The position numbers were made by a program, and so were the translations under genes. DNA of 63,971 nucleotides, counting the filler, from Barthelona sp. PAP020 (Eukaryota): assembly GCA_040182905.1 (NCBI GenBank). It is 5 parts of 5 records of this genome, joined end to end, with 100 filler letters (N's around TTAATTAATTAA, not from the genome) between each part and the next. Parts side by side here need not be neighbours in the genome. Positions count along the whole stretch, not along the records: positions 1 to 13,921 come from JARQWU010000313.1; 4 more parts are not named here. One strand, written 5' to 3'. Under the pieces are notes generated by a model that had not been told where the DNA came from, did not search any database, and was given only the letters and a program-made list of their open reading frames with translations. This document shows, in pieces, positions 1 to 10,900 of this stretch (positions are counted from its first letter, which is position 1; every line of letters starts with the position of its first letter).

Positions 1-1
1 A

Positions 2-139
2 AATTGTAAACCAATGCCTTTTGATGATTTTGTCAAACTTTACCTGCAAAATACACATGTTTTTTCAACTTACTCTGGATCGCTTATACCTCTACGAAGA
101 ATGTACGAGAATGTTTGTAAAAAACACTTTTATCGGTGA
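2..139 (+). CDS. Possible 3' end of a gene cut by the window edge (NCKPMPFDDFVKLY...KKHFYR*)
   Basis: Frame is open from the window edge to TGA at 137-139, with TGTAA just downstream. No recognisable motif. Confidence 0.3.
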   Translation, partial: NCKPMPFDDFVKLYLQNTHVFSTYSGSLIPLRRMYENVCKKHFYR

Positions 140-181
140 AATTGTAAATGTGGCAAAAATCAAATGCATAAAAATATATAT

Positions 182-736
182 TTATGATTGAGGCGTTTGT
201 CCCATCAAATTAGCGCCAGTTAAACGATGTGCTCTTTCTTGAGCTTCTTTGTATGGAGGTAGCCCATCATCTTCTTCATCCATTTCAGGATTCCACGTAA
301 TATTGTCATTCAGATTTTCAACATTTCTAGCAGTTTCAATTGCATACCACTGAATTCTTGGAACAACAGTGGTGTTTCCTTCATGATAATCATCTTCAGA
401 ATTCAGTCTCATCAACGTTAAAAAATTATAATTACTAATGTCCTTAAAACTCAACATAAAATCTCTCCATTTGTTTTTACCTTCAACAGTTTTACTGGCT
501 TCAACGTCGAAATTTCCAATATCTAAGTTGGGAAATGTTTCTCTAAATTTCTCATATATTTTATCTTGTTGAGAATTCAATCTTAATTGAGTTCTTCTTC
601 CTTCAAATGCACGAAGTAATTTTCTATGTTGTTTTGCAAAAGCTACAGCTTTGGTCAACCATGCAATTTCAATTGTTGCATCGTTATGCAAATGAACATC
701 ATTTGGAACATTTGCAAGAGCATCTGGTCTTGACAT
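182..736 (-). CDS. PBDC1: Polysaccharide biosynthesis domain-containing protein (PBDC1/YPL225W-like)
   Basis: IEIAWLTKAV, IYEKFRETFP, GKNKWRDF, YNFLTLMR and VVPRIQWYAIETARN match the PBDC1 family. First real ATG is at 736 (MSRPDAL). Confidence 0.8.
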   Translation of the reverse strand: MSRPDALANVPNDVHLHNDATIEIAWLTKAVAFAKQHRKLLRAFEGRRTQLRLNSQQDKIYEKFRETFPNLDIGNFDVEASKTVEGKNKWRDFMLSFKDISNYNFLTLMRLNSEDDYHEGNTTVVPRIQWYAIETARNVENLNDNITWNPEMDEEDDGLPPYKEAQERAHRLTGANLMGQTPQS

Positions 737-1078
737 AACCTCACGAAAAAAGTAAAAAAAAAAGAAATTACATATCACAACATTTTATTCTTTTTATTTC
801 CAAAGGGAATATGCTATTATAAATGACTGAATAAATTATGATTCAAAACTCATCAAAGGAAATTCTTTCCAAAAAATATTCTTTTGCTTTTTGTTGAAAC
901 TTTGCAAAACTTCAAAAAGATATTACATAAACATATTGTTGAAGATTTTTATTGTTTTGAAAAACAAACAAAATGTAGAAAAAAATTTGTGAAAATTATT
1001 TTTGAGAATACCCAACACCAAAAAGCCAAAAAACTGTGTATGAACATCAGAGAAAAAAAGTTTTGCTTTAAGTTTCAA

Positions 1079-2026
1079 ATGCTGCTGTTTGTATTTGTTT
1101 CTCTAATGACTTTTTTCAAATTTAGAATCACAAAAGATGCTTTGGATTTGCAGGGAAATTTTTTATCTTCTTTTGATAAGATAAACTCACGAGTTTTAGT
1201 TTTGTATGCTTTTCACAATTTTCGAGATTATTCCACATTAAATTACAAATTTTTTTATTCTAGTGGAGTTAAATGCAATAGTACAGAAATTGATTATATT
1301 ATTATGAGAAATTATGTTCCAGAAGACAAATTATTCGAAAAAATAAATTTGAATCCATTAAATTGCTCCAATATTTATATATTTGATCGACCAAATGAAG
1401 GGTATGATTTTGGAGCATATTTGGATGGTAAAAATTATGTTTCTACTCATTCAGTTCTTTCCAAAATTACGTATAGGTTGATTATTTTATTTAATACTTC
1501 GGTTCGAGGACCATTTGTAGGCAATTATCCGGAATATACACAAAATTGGTGGGAAATTTTTGAAAGAAAAATTGTTAATAAAGTAGGGTTTGTGGCAACC
1601 ACAGTCAATTGTCATCACAAAAACATGCCGCATGCACAAAGTCAGTTTGTAGCTTTTGCCCCTCAAGTGTTCGATTATTTACGTGAATGTCAAATTATTC
1701 GTGGTTCACATAGCAGTTTCAGAGATGCTATCAATGGAGAAATTGCCATTTCAACCACTGTTATTTCAAAAGGAATTGAATTTAAATCAATGATGAAGGA
1801 GTATGAGAGTGTGAATTGGTTTGAGGAATATTTAAAGCCAACATTTAAACGCAATTGTATCTTACATGCATCTCCTTATATCAAAGAGTTCCCAAGAGTG
1901 ATGGATGAAGATGAGTTAGTTTTTATCAAAGTGAATAGGGATAATGTAAATTTGGACCGTATTAACCAAAAAACTGTTAAAATTGTCAATAGTTTTTGTC
2001 AAATCAACAATATTTCTTTTGTATGA
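1079..2026 (+). CDS. Membrane-anchored RgpF-like (rhamnan synthesis F / glycosyltransferase-like) protein
   Basis: N-terminal hydrophobic anchor from ATG 1079. Motifs RPNEGYDFGAY, LFNTSVRGPF and PHAQS are recalled as RgpF-like. Confidence 0.5.
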   Translation: MLLFVFVSLMTFFKFRITKDALDLQGNFLSSFDKINSRVLVLYAFHNFRDYSTLNYKFFYSSGVKCNSTEIDYIIMRNYVPEDKLFEKINLNPLNCSNIYIFDRPNEGYDFGAYLDGKNYVSTHSVLSKITYRLIILFNTSVRGPFVGNYPEYTQNWWEIFERKIVNKVGFVATTVNCHHKNMPHAQSQFVAFAPQVFDYLRECQIIRGSHSSFRDAINGEIAISTTVISKGIEFKSMMKEYESVNWFEEYLKPTFKRNCILHASPYIKEFPRVMDEDELVFIKVNRDNVNLDRINQKTVKIVNSFCQINNISFV

Positions 2027-2419
2027 ACAATAAGTCATGGTACACTTACAATTTTTGGTGATATTTGGTTTTTTGTTGCATGTCTTCCCAACAAAAAATA
2101 TTTAATCTTGCATTTAGTGGGTACGATTTTAATATGTTGTGAATCATTCTCTTGCTGTCACATGATAAAATTAATTGATTCATATTTATCCACTTGTTAA
2201 TAGTTGTTTTTTTTTTTCATTATTATTTAGTAAATGATTTTTGCTGTTTTTTTTTTGTCAAAAATATACTCTTACCATTCTTATTTCCAGAACTGTTTGT
2301 GAATTGTTCAAAATCCAAAACTGTTAGAAGCAAGCAAGTTGAAAAGAAAAAACCCTCCAAATAAAAGTCAAAAAGAAAGGAAAAAATACTTTATCAACCA
2401 TATAATACAAAATGAATCA

Positions 2420-2998
2420 CTAGCTATATAATGCATTATCTGGACCAAGATGTCCCATTAATATTAGCAAGAAATCAACCAAAGCCCACAGACCAAATCC
2501 TGAAAAAGTTACAATTTTCATAACACCCAAAAAAACATTTCCAAGGTAAAATCTATCAACACCAAAACCACCTAAAAATGCTGAAGCAAAAATAGCTGTA
2601 TAATAAGAATGATTTTCATGATATGTACACTGAGGAGCTTCAACCCAAGCATTTGCTGATGTTTTGGGACCCAAACAAAGAGAAGTACCATTTCCATAGC
2701 ATTTAGTTGCTACTGTGTTTGTTACATGTGCATTACAAAAGGGATTATCACATATTAATTCATCTCGAGGAGCAAAATAACAAGGAACACAATGAAATTC
2801 TCGTGTAAAACTATGTCCAGTACATTGAACAGAACTAGAAACCGTGCAACTAACAGTGTATTTCTCATTTAATTTGCAAGAAGACAAATCTCCTCCACCA
2901 GGCAATGTACAAACCTGAGACTCAACAGTTCGACAATCAGGAAGCTCAACGGCAAAGGCAATTGCAAAAGTTATCCAAATCCAAATGAAAAAATTCAT
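2420..2998 (-). CDS. TM2 domain-containing protein (TM2D-like)
   Basis: Signal peptide, Cys-rich ectodomain, and TM2 signature FLGGFGVDRFYLG...KIVTFSGFGLWALVD. Confidence 0.85.
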   Translation of the reverse strand: MNFFIWIWITFAIAFAVELPDCRTVESQVCTLPGGGDLSSCKLNEKYTVSCTVSSSVQCTGHSFTREFHCVPCYFAPRDELICDNPFCNAHVTNTVATKCYGNGTSLCLGPKTSANAWVEAPQCTYHENHSYYTAIFASAFLGGFGVDRFYLGNVFLGVMKIVTFSGFGLWALVDFLLILMGHLGPDNALYS

Positions 2999-3025
2999 TT
3001 CTTGTTGTTGTTTTTTTTTTTATAT

Positions 3026-3678
3026 ATGGCAAGTCTTTCTGGTCAAGCAATGTAGATTTTCCTTTTTTGAAACACAAAATCTAACTAAATAGTTCTACTT
3101 TAATTAGTGCACCACTTTTAGCAACTGCTGATGCTCAAAAAGCTTTAGCCTGTACCACATCCAGATTTTTGGAAGGCATTCAAAAAGAAGCTAATGTAGA
3201 CTTTAAAATTGTTAATCCAGTTTCAAAAAAAGAAGCTTCTCTAAGTGTTCCTAAAATTGCCCTTGTTAATGTTCCTTCTTTATCTGTGAAAAATGTGGAT
3301 ATTACCTTTAATCTTTCGGTTTCTTCAAGTTCCACTGACTCCATTTCTTCAGATTATTCTGGTGAATCTTCTTCATCAGCCAGTGGCTATTATAGCAGGT
3401 ATAATTATTATGGCAGTGGCCACTATTCAAGTGGTAGCAGTGGTTATGCTTCAGCCAATAGAAATTATAATTGTGCAGTTGCCAGTTCTTCAAAGACTGA
3501 AAGAAAGACTGATTGTACTGGAAAGTATTCTGTTTCTATCTCTGCAAGAGATGATGGTCCCAATGAAGGTTTAGCCAAAATCATCTCTCTTATGAATGCT
3601 CAAATTCCCTCTACTCTTCACATGGATAATAGTGCTTCCACAACTACTACCACAGATAGTGATGTTGCCGATGAGTAA
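3026..3678 (+). CDS. DUF2589-family protein, two exons (3026-3051, 3093-3678)
   Basis: Splicing gives MASLSGQAISTLISAPLLATADAQKALACTTSRFLEG. Downstream motifs VPKIALVNVPSLSVKNVDITFNLSV and KYSVSISARDDGPNEGLAKII fit DUF2589 as recalled. Confidence 0.7.
3052..3092 (+). other. Spliceosomal intron, 41 nt
   Basis: GTAGAT...CTAAC-TAAATAG. Removal joins ATG 3026 in frame to the downstream ORF. Confidence 0.85.
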
Positions 3679-3763
3679 TTGTAATTTAAATGAAAATTAG
3701 CATGTTTTTACAATTAAAAAAATATGCAATAAAATGGAAAAATGTTTTTTTTTTTGTGATTTT

Positions 3764-4909
3764 ATGTATTTGTTGGGAGTAAATAGGGGAACTGAAGGTG
3801 CTCCTTTGCTTAATGTTGAACACCAAAAAAGCAAAATCGAACCAAAGAGATACGAACGTTCTTTTGTTAAATCCTGTTGGTTTTGGACATTGTTATTATT
3901 TATTATTATTATTATTATTGTTATATATCCTTTTATTTTAATTGGTTTGGCAACTAGCACACCAAACATTGTATCATATCCTCCAAGTGAAGTTATGGGA
4001 ATAAATATTAATATTGATGTTGGTAGTGTAACGGTGTCTTCTTCACCAGAAGTTTCTGAGATTTCTTTTGATTTTTCTGTGCGTTCTTACATGCTTCATC
4101 CTCCATTTCCGTTATTTGATGATGGTATAATAACTTTTCCTGAATGTAAAACTTATTGGAGCATTTGTGATGTTACTTTAAACATTATTTTACCATATCA
4201 TTACCAATTTTCGATTGAAAATTTTAATATCACTGTTAATCGACCTTATGGTTATTTTAATCCTTTTATTCCTGTGCTTAGTGCATTTGTTAGTGCAGAA
4301 GCAATTAAATTTGACTATTTAGAAACCTATGATGGAAGAATTGATTATGTTAATGTTGATCTTGGAGCAGGTGAAATTTCAGTTTTAAATTCTGGTTCTG
4401 ATAAGTTGCATGTTACTGGTGGTTTATCTGTGGCTAGAATTCGAAATCATGAAGGAAATCTTACTATTGAGAACACAAATGCCCATGTTATTGTATCAAA
4501 ATTCATTGGGGATGTATTTAGGTTGCACAATGTGCAAGGAAAATGTGAAATTAATGAAGCTATTGTTTCTAGATTGGATGTTCGAACTTCTGCGGCTGTC
4601 AGTTTTACTTCTTTAATGTCAAATGACAGTTTCTTCGATGTTGGTTCAGATTTATTCATTAAAAATTATTTCAAAGGAAATTTGACTGCTTCAGGCAGAG
4701 GTTTAATTCAAGTTGTCATATCTTCACAATTTTCAGGACACATAAATTTGAAAGGGGATGATATTATTGTTGATGATCATTACAAGAGAATAGTAATTGA
4801 AAAACAAGATGATGACATTCTTATTGGAAAATTAAGTAATCGAGTTGAACCTGTGTATGAGGGAAATGTGTTAATTTCAAGTCCAAGTATCAAATTTTAT
4901 TGTGAATAA
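3764..4909 (+). CDS. Single-pass membrane protein with beta-repeat (DUF4097/adhesin-like) ectodomain
   Basis: Long ORF with one hydrophobic segment followed by Gly-punctuated beta-strand repeats. Start uncertain (3734 or 3764). Confidence 0.45.
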   Translation: MYLLGVNRGTEGAPLLNVEHQKSKIEPKRYERSFVKSCWFWTLLLFIIIIIIVIYPFILIGLATSTPNIVSYPPSEVMGININIDVGSVTVSSSPEVSEISFDFSVRSYMLHPPFPLFDDGIITFPECKTYWSICDVTLNIILPYHYQFSIENFNITVNRPYGYFNPFIPVLSAFVSAEAIKFDYLETYDGRIDYVNVDLGAGEISVLNSGSDKLHVTGGLSVARIRNHEGNLTIENTNAHVIVSKFIGDVFRLHNVQGKCEINEAIVSRLDVRTSAAVSFTSLMSNDSFFDVGSDLFIKNYFKGNLTASGRGLIQVVISSQFSGHINLKGDDIIVDDHYKRIVIEKQDDDILIGKLSNRVEPVYEGNVLISSPSIKFYCE

Positions 4910-5300
4910 ATCGTTCAAAAAATTGATTGATGTTTTTTTTTCACAAATCCAATTTTATTGACGTGGGGTTTCTTGTTTTTTTATTAGTTGGATGAATAAT
5001 TTTTAGAGATTATCCAAGAAAGAAGACTTTGAACATCGATGCCATAAGAATAAAGAATATAACTTAAGATTTCTTAAAGTGACGGATTGTAAACTTTTTA
5101 AAGTTTCTCATGTTTGAAGGAACCATTTGAAATTTACTCATTGGTGTTAAACTGTCCCAGTGATGCTTTTCCGATTTTGTAACAATAATCGTCTTGTAAA
5201 CAACTGACTTTTTTTTCTTTTCAGTTTCAAATAAAAATAAACAAGATCAAAACAAATCAATTACTCCATAAATTTATTGGTATTTCAAAAAGACATAATC

Positions 5301-5792
5301 TTAATGATAACGTTTAATCAAATGCACACCACTTGCCGAATCGACAATTTCAGAAATTTCTCCAACTTTCAATTTACAACTTCCTTCCCAAAATGGTAAA
5401 TGTACAGCCATTGCACCATGTTGAGGATCTTCAGGAGAACAAACAAAACCAAGTTTACCTCCCTTTTGAAAAGAACCACAATCAGAATATTCCTTAGCAA
5501 TTTCTTCAAATGTTTTTTCCCCACGTTCAATTTGCTGTCTAAATGTCTCCAAATTACTGATGGCTTCTTCTTTTGAACGATTTAGTCTTCTTCTAAAACG
5601 ATCAACAGGATTTCGACTTTCAACATTCTTTTGTAATATATGTCCCACAGAAACTTTTCTTGGGATTTCATTAGCATACAAATCAGTCGTTTCCTTCAAT
5701 CTTCGTTGTAATTCTTCAATAACCTTATCTTTCTCTTCAAGCTTTGTTTTCAAATGTGCAATGATAAGATCTCTGTCATCTTGGCTATCCAT
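5301..5792 (-). CDS. PIN1: Pin1-type parvulin peptidyl-prolyl isomerase without WW domain
   Basis: GHILQK..SRNP, FEEIAKEYSDCGSFQKGGKLG and GEISEIVDSASGVHLIKR. The N-terminus is coiled-coil-like. Confidence 0.8.
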   Translation of the reverse strand: MDSQDDRDLIIAHLKTKLEEKDKVIEELQRRLKETTDLYANEIPRKVSVGHILQKNVESRNPVDRFRRRLNRSKEEAISNLETFRQQIERGEKTFEEIAKEYSDCGSFQKGGKLGFVCSPEDPQHGAMAVHLPFWEGSCKLKVGEISEIVDSASGVHLIKRYH

Positions 5793-5830
5793 TTTCAATA
5801 CGATATTAGATAAAATAATTTTACTTTTTT

Positions 5831-7267
5831 ATGGTTAGTGCAACAATTATTAATCATTTGATTGAATACAATGTATGTCCATGGTGTTGCCTAAGATTAA
5901 TGGGACATTCTGTAACCAATGATTACCAATTTAATTGTGAGGAAACATTCAAAATCCTATCCAGAATTATGCTGGAAGAATTTAATGAAAGTATTTGTGT
6001 TGAAAAAAATGATTCAATGGAAATATGTCCAATTTGCTGTGGTATATTAACTTCATCGAATGGAATGATTGAAAAAATTTCAAAAACCGTTGAAAATTGT
6101 AATATTGAACATACTGATTTTATTTTAAATGGTAGTGTACCCTTATTATGTTTTTTAAATGAAGAATATTTTGTTAAATCCATTAATGCCAAACTTTCAG
6201 CAAATATTAGCAAGGAGCAAATTATTCCAATAAAACAAGCCTTTAAGTGGTCAGTAGGAAAGCCTTTAGAAACTAAATTAAAGGTTCCTTTCTTTTTAAA
6301 CAGTGGTTTCAAGGTTAATTTTACATTTTCACATTCAAAGGATGATCAAATTCGAAAAAACCCTTCATTTAAGCAACCAAATTATCAAAGAGACAGTAGA
6401 AACCTGAGTTCATCAGATAGAGCATTTATAAAGAAGAAAATTCAGGAATTTCCATTGTTTAAATTTCAGACCATTGCTCAATATCCTCCAGTTGTTGCAG
6501 AGCCTGCCAGCTTATTTGTAGATTGTGTGCTTGAACCCATATGTTTTTCTATGTCCTATTTAAAATACAGTAGAAGGCTTAGTCAATCACCGTGGTTGTC
6601 TGACCATGACATACAACGAAAATTACTTGGTTCTGTTTTTGGAATCATCGAAAATAAGTTACTGGAAATTGCTCAAGGAAAATCTGCCACTTCTCATGCA
6701 TCAGGAAGAGAAGATTATGATGTAAGAATGTTAGGAAATGGGAGACCGATGTTTACCAAGATTCTTTCTCCCAAACATGTTCCAACAACTGAAGAACTTG
6801 CTGAAATTCAAACTGAGATCAATAAGTCTGAACTTATCAGTATAACTGATTTACAACAAGTTAATGTTGATTATTTTGAACAAATTTTGCTTGGTGAATC
6901 AGAGAAGAAGAAATTTTATCGTGCCATCGTTTGTTTTGAAACAACTCCCACTGTCGAGACTCTCGAAGCATTAGAAAGAATGGCTTCAGATAGTGAACCT
7001 CTTATTTTAAAACAAAAGACTCCTTTACGTGTTTTGCACAGAAGAGTATTGAAGATTCGGGATAAAGAAATCTTTAAATTGAAATTAACTCCTTTAAATA
7101 ATAATATGGGAATATTGGATTTAACTACCTCAGCTGGAACTTATGTTAAAGAATTTGTACATGGTGACCGTCAAAGAACATTGCCAAATCTTGGATCGAT
7201 ACTTGATTGTCGTTGTGATATCCTTCAATTGGACGTTATGGGAGTTGAAATTCCTGATTTTTCATAA
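5831..7267 (+). CDS. PUS10: tRNA pseudouridine synthase Pus10
   Basis: Two CxxC-like pairs, SGREDYDVRMLGNGRP, QKTPLRVLHRR, AGTYVKEFVHGD and DILQLDV. Confidence 0.95.
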   Translation: MVSATIINHLIEYNVCPWCCLRLMGHSVTNDYQFNCEETFKILSRIMLEEFNESICVEKNDSMEICPICCGILTSSNGMIEKISKTVENCNIEHTDFILNGSVPLLCFLNEEYFVKSINAKLSANISKEQIIPIKQAFKWSVGKPLETKLKVPFFLNSGFKVNFTFSHSKDDQIRKNPSFKQPNYQRDSRNLSSSDRAFIKKKIQEFPLFKFQTIAQYPPVVAEPASLFVDCVLEPICFSMSYLKYSRRLSQSPWLSDHDIQRKLLGSVFGIIENKLLEIAQGKSATSHASGREDYDVRMLGNGRPMFTKILSPKHVPTTEELAEIQTEINKSELISITDLQQVNVDYFEQILLGESEKKKFYRAIVCFETTPTVETLEALERMASDSEPLILKQKTPLRVLHRRVLKIRDKEIFKLKLTPLNNNMGILDLTTSAGTYVKEFVHGDRQRTLPNLGSILDCRCDILQLDVMGVEIPDFS

Positions 7268-7572
7268 AAATATTATTTTTTATCAATTTTGATCATTTTT
7301 CATGGAAACTGTTGAACCAAAAGATTTTTGGCTTATGATGTGCAGTTTTATGCTTTTCTTTTTGATTTGACAAAAACTATCAAAACTTTACGTGTAATTA
7401 GGTCATTTTGAAAAAAAAAAGAAGTTGATCGCCAATAGTTAATGAAAAAAAAACTTTGTGAACAGATATCTTTTTCATTTTTTACAAAATATGGTTTAAT
7501 ATAAATGCATCAAAGCAAATAAGAATATAAAAAGAATTTACAAAAGACTAATTTGAAAAAAATAACGATAAA

Positions 7573-7911
7573 CTATTGGGTTTTTGATACCCAATCTGTT
7601 GTTTGAGCTTGGGTTTGAGATTCTTCATCAGACACAAGTTGATCATAAATAGCTCGAGCAAATGTTGAACCTTCAGCATCACTTTTAACTGATTTAAAAA
7701 TTTCACCAATCACAGTACTTTTTTTCCTTTCTCGTTCACTCAAATCTAATAAACTGCTTACAACATGAGAAACATAATCAACAGCAATAGAATTCAAATT
7801 TCTTATGGAATTCATATCAGGTTCATTATCACCGGCATGTAATTGAATTATACGTCTCAAAACATCAGCATCTATCAATGATTCATCATCTAAAGCATTA
7901 ATAGGATTCAT
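7573..7911 (-). CDS. Small histone-fold TAF-like protein (TAF10/TAF13-like)
   Basis: IDADVLRRII..AGDNEPD..SIRNL..IAVDYVSHVV resembles a TAF histone fold. Weak match. Confidence 0.4.
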   Translation of the reverse strand: MNPINALDDESLIDADVLRRIIQLHAGDNEPDMNSIRNLNSIAVDYVSHVVSSLLDLSERERKKSTVIGEIFKSVKSDAEGSTFARAIYDQLVSDEESQTQAQTTDWVSKTQ

Positions 7912-7984
7912 TTAAAACTTGGTTGAAAAAAAAACCCCAAATTATTTTCTTCGAGAATTTGAAGGTTCACCTTGATTATTCCTT

Positions 7985-10900
7985 ATGTGGGCCAAATGTC
8001 AAGCACTAATTGATTTGGCTAATCAAACCTTAATAATAATGCCTGAATTAAAAGATGTTGATTGGTTATGTCAAATGAAAAAAGGAGAATTAAACATTGA
8101 AGATTTACCTTCGTTTTGTTCAAATTTACGAATGATAATTGGAGTTTTAGAACGTCATTCTATTGATGTAGCTAAACAATTTTTAGAATGTTTATCATTT
8201 ATATTTTCTGCCTATCAATTACCCAATTCTAGAATATGTGAACAACTATGGACAACATTTATTGATAATTTAGGACATATGATACCTGGAAAAATTCGTG
8301 AAAGTTTTTTGAGATTTGTGATCAGCTTTTGTGAAGGGCAAAAGAATGTATTTGATGATATATTATTGATTGTCAATAATTATTTGATGGAAGGAACAGG
8401 AGGATTAGATGAAAATAAAATTACTCCCAATGAAAGGTTTCAAATATTTAAATGTTTGACTTATTATGGTGTTGATGCGAATAGATTTAATGATGTTATT
8501 GGAACTTTTTGTATTGAATATGTGAAATATATTTCTCATGGATTGCCATTTCCTCCCATATTGTTAAAAGAACAGATTGAACAAGAAACTAATCTCTTGA
8601 TGATAATCAAGAGTAATAAAGGTCAATTAATCAAGCTATTGAATATTATTGATTCTGATGTCATAGTTTTTTTAAGATGCTCATTAAAATATTCTTCTGC
8701 TGTGATATCTCAACAAGATTTTTGGCATTTAGTCCGTATTATTTTGTCATGGTGTTATTCTTTGGTTTTGATGGAAGAAAATGAGGATGAGACAAAGAAT
8801 ATCATTCAAGGGACATTGTTAGGATTATTATCATTATTTATTGATTGTATCAGTGCTTCTGGACCGTTGGGAAGCCCCATTACTATGCAGTTATTTCTAT
8901 TACTGCAATGCATGTTATTTATTTATCAAAAGGAAATTTTTATACTAGATTACTTGAAGAAAGGAAATTTGGTTGAGTATTTTGTTGCTTCTTGCTTATT
9001 GTTTTCGAAGAATACTTTTCCTATGCAATTATGTGACGAAATGAGGGTTTTTTTATATAAATTTTTTTCAAACAGTGATTATTTAAAACAGATTAGCAAC
9101 AGTCGGTTGATCTTTAACTTCTTTGAGAATTTTATATTTTGTTTTAACCAAACACAAAATAAAGATGAGCTATTGGATGTTTTGGTTGTTTTATTCAAGA
9201 AATTGAAGAAATTTCCAGATTATAAAATAGATTGTCCAAACGATGGAGAATTTTTGTTAAAATTTTTGGATTGTGAAGAGTTAAAGGAAAGTTTGAAATG
9301 CGATGAAAATTTTCATGAAAGTTTTGAACTTTTTGAAAAATTTTTTGATGAATTTGATCTTTTTTTTGAAAATACTGTTAAAAAAATTTCCTTATTTTCT
9401 TTTGATACAAGATGGAAGTTATGCTTTGTGTTGTTTGAATTTAGGAATGAATCATACAGGAATAAGGCAATACATTTATTGTTCGACCAATTAGTATTAT
9501 TCAGCAAAGCAAACATTCAACAATTAAAAGTTTTGTTGAAAAATATATATTCTACTAAAAATTTGGACTTCAAATTGCTTTTAAATGCATTGACAAATAG
9601 ATTGTTAAAGAATGTTCATTTACCTCTATTGCTTGATATATATGAGATATTATCCCCCAATATGTATGAAATCTTAAACATGGAGATTAAATCTCATTTA
9701 AATACGAAACCTTCAGCTTTAATGATGGCATTGAATAACTTTTTGGTATCTTCGTTGAGTATGTTTAATATTCGTTTAAACGTTGAAGGTTGCTTGAAGA
9801 AATATCTGAAATTCCTAAATGATATGCTACTTATTCGACAAAAGAATGAATACTATGAGAGAGAAGCTTTAATCTATTTGGTTCGATTATTTGTGAGCAG
9901 ATTAATTCACAATGATAATACTAACGTATTGACATTGTTTAAAAAGATTATTTCCATTAATTTGAAATCGAATTACGTGTTGGAAGTTTATAGTTCTTTT
10001 GTTTGCATGTTGAGAAGTGATTCCAATAAACGTTGGTTCTTCTTGATTTTAAAGGATGAAATCATTGAAAAATTTCCTGGATTAGTCGATGACTTGCAAA
10101 GATTGAATGTAGATCGTCATTACAGTTTTGAAAATTATTTTATTGTTGGACCTTCATTATCTCACTTTTTTGAGATCGAAATTAAACATTTATGCTATAA
10201 ATCGATCTTAAACTTGATCAATGTTAATCCTTTCAATACTCAAAAAGTGGCAATAGTGTTTTCTGCGTTAGAGCAACTAGTTTTTTTTCCAGAAACATTC
10301 TTGATTGATGGATTAAATGCTTGCTCAAATATATGTTCACAAATCATCAATTTAATGAGTAGAGGAATATTTGATAAAGATCCTGAAGGGATAAGACCTT
10401 ATGGACAAGCTTTAGTTGTTTTAGATTCTTTAATATCGTTGTTTCCAGTTATTCAAACAAATGTTCGAACTAAGTTGTTCAAATTATTGGAAATCATTTT
10501 TAGAATTATTGATTCGCAGGATTTAAGCAATATTTTAAATGATGCTTTGAATTTGTTTATGAATTTTGCTTACACAATCCTTGATTACTGTCAGACCATA
10601 GACAGTGAATATCATAATTTTAGTGAAAGTGAACTAAACAATTTTGATGATGGGATAAGTGATTTGGATTCAATGAATAGTGTTTTAAAGCGTTTAGGCT
10701 CGACAAAGATTCAATTATTGATCTGGCTGATCAATTTTTTTAAAGGTTATTTATTTAAGTATTATCATACTATTGCATCGTCGTCCCCTCTGTACTTTTC
10801 ACATCTGAATTTCCTATTCATGAAAACTTTAAACTATTGTGATATTGACATTATCAATTATCTAAAAGTGAATAATTTTTTCAAGAACTTTTTGATCATA

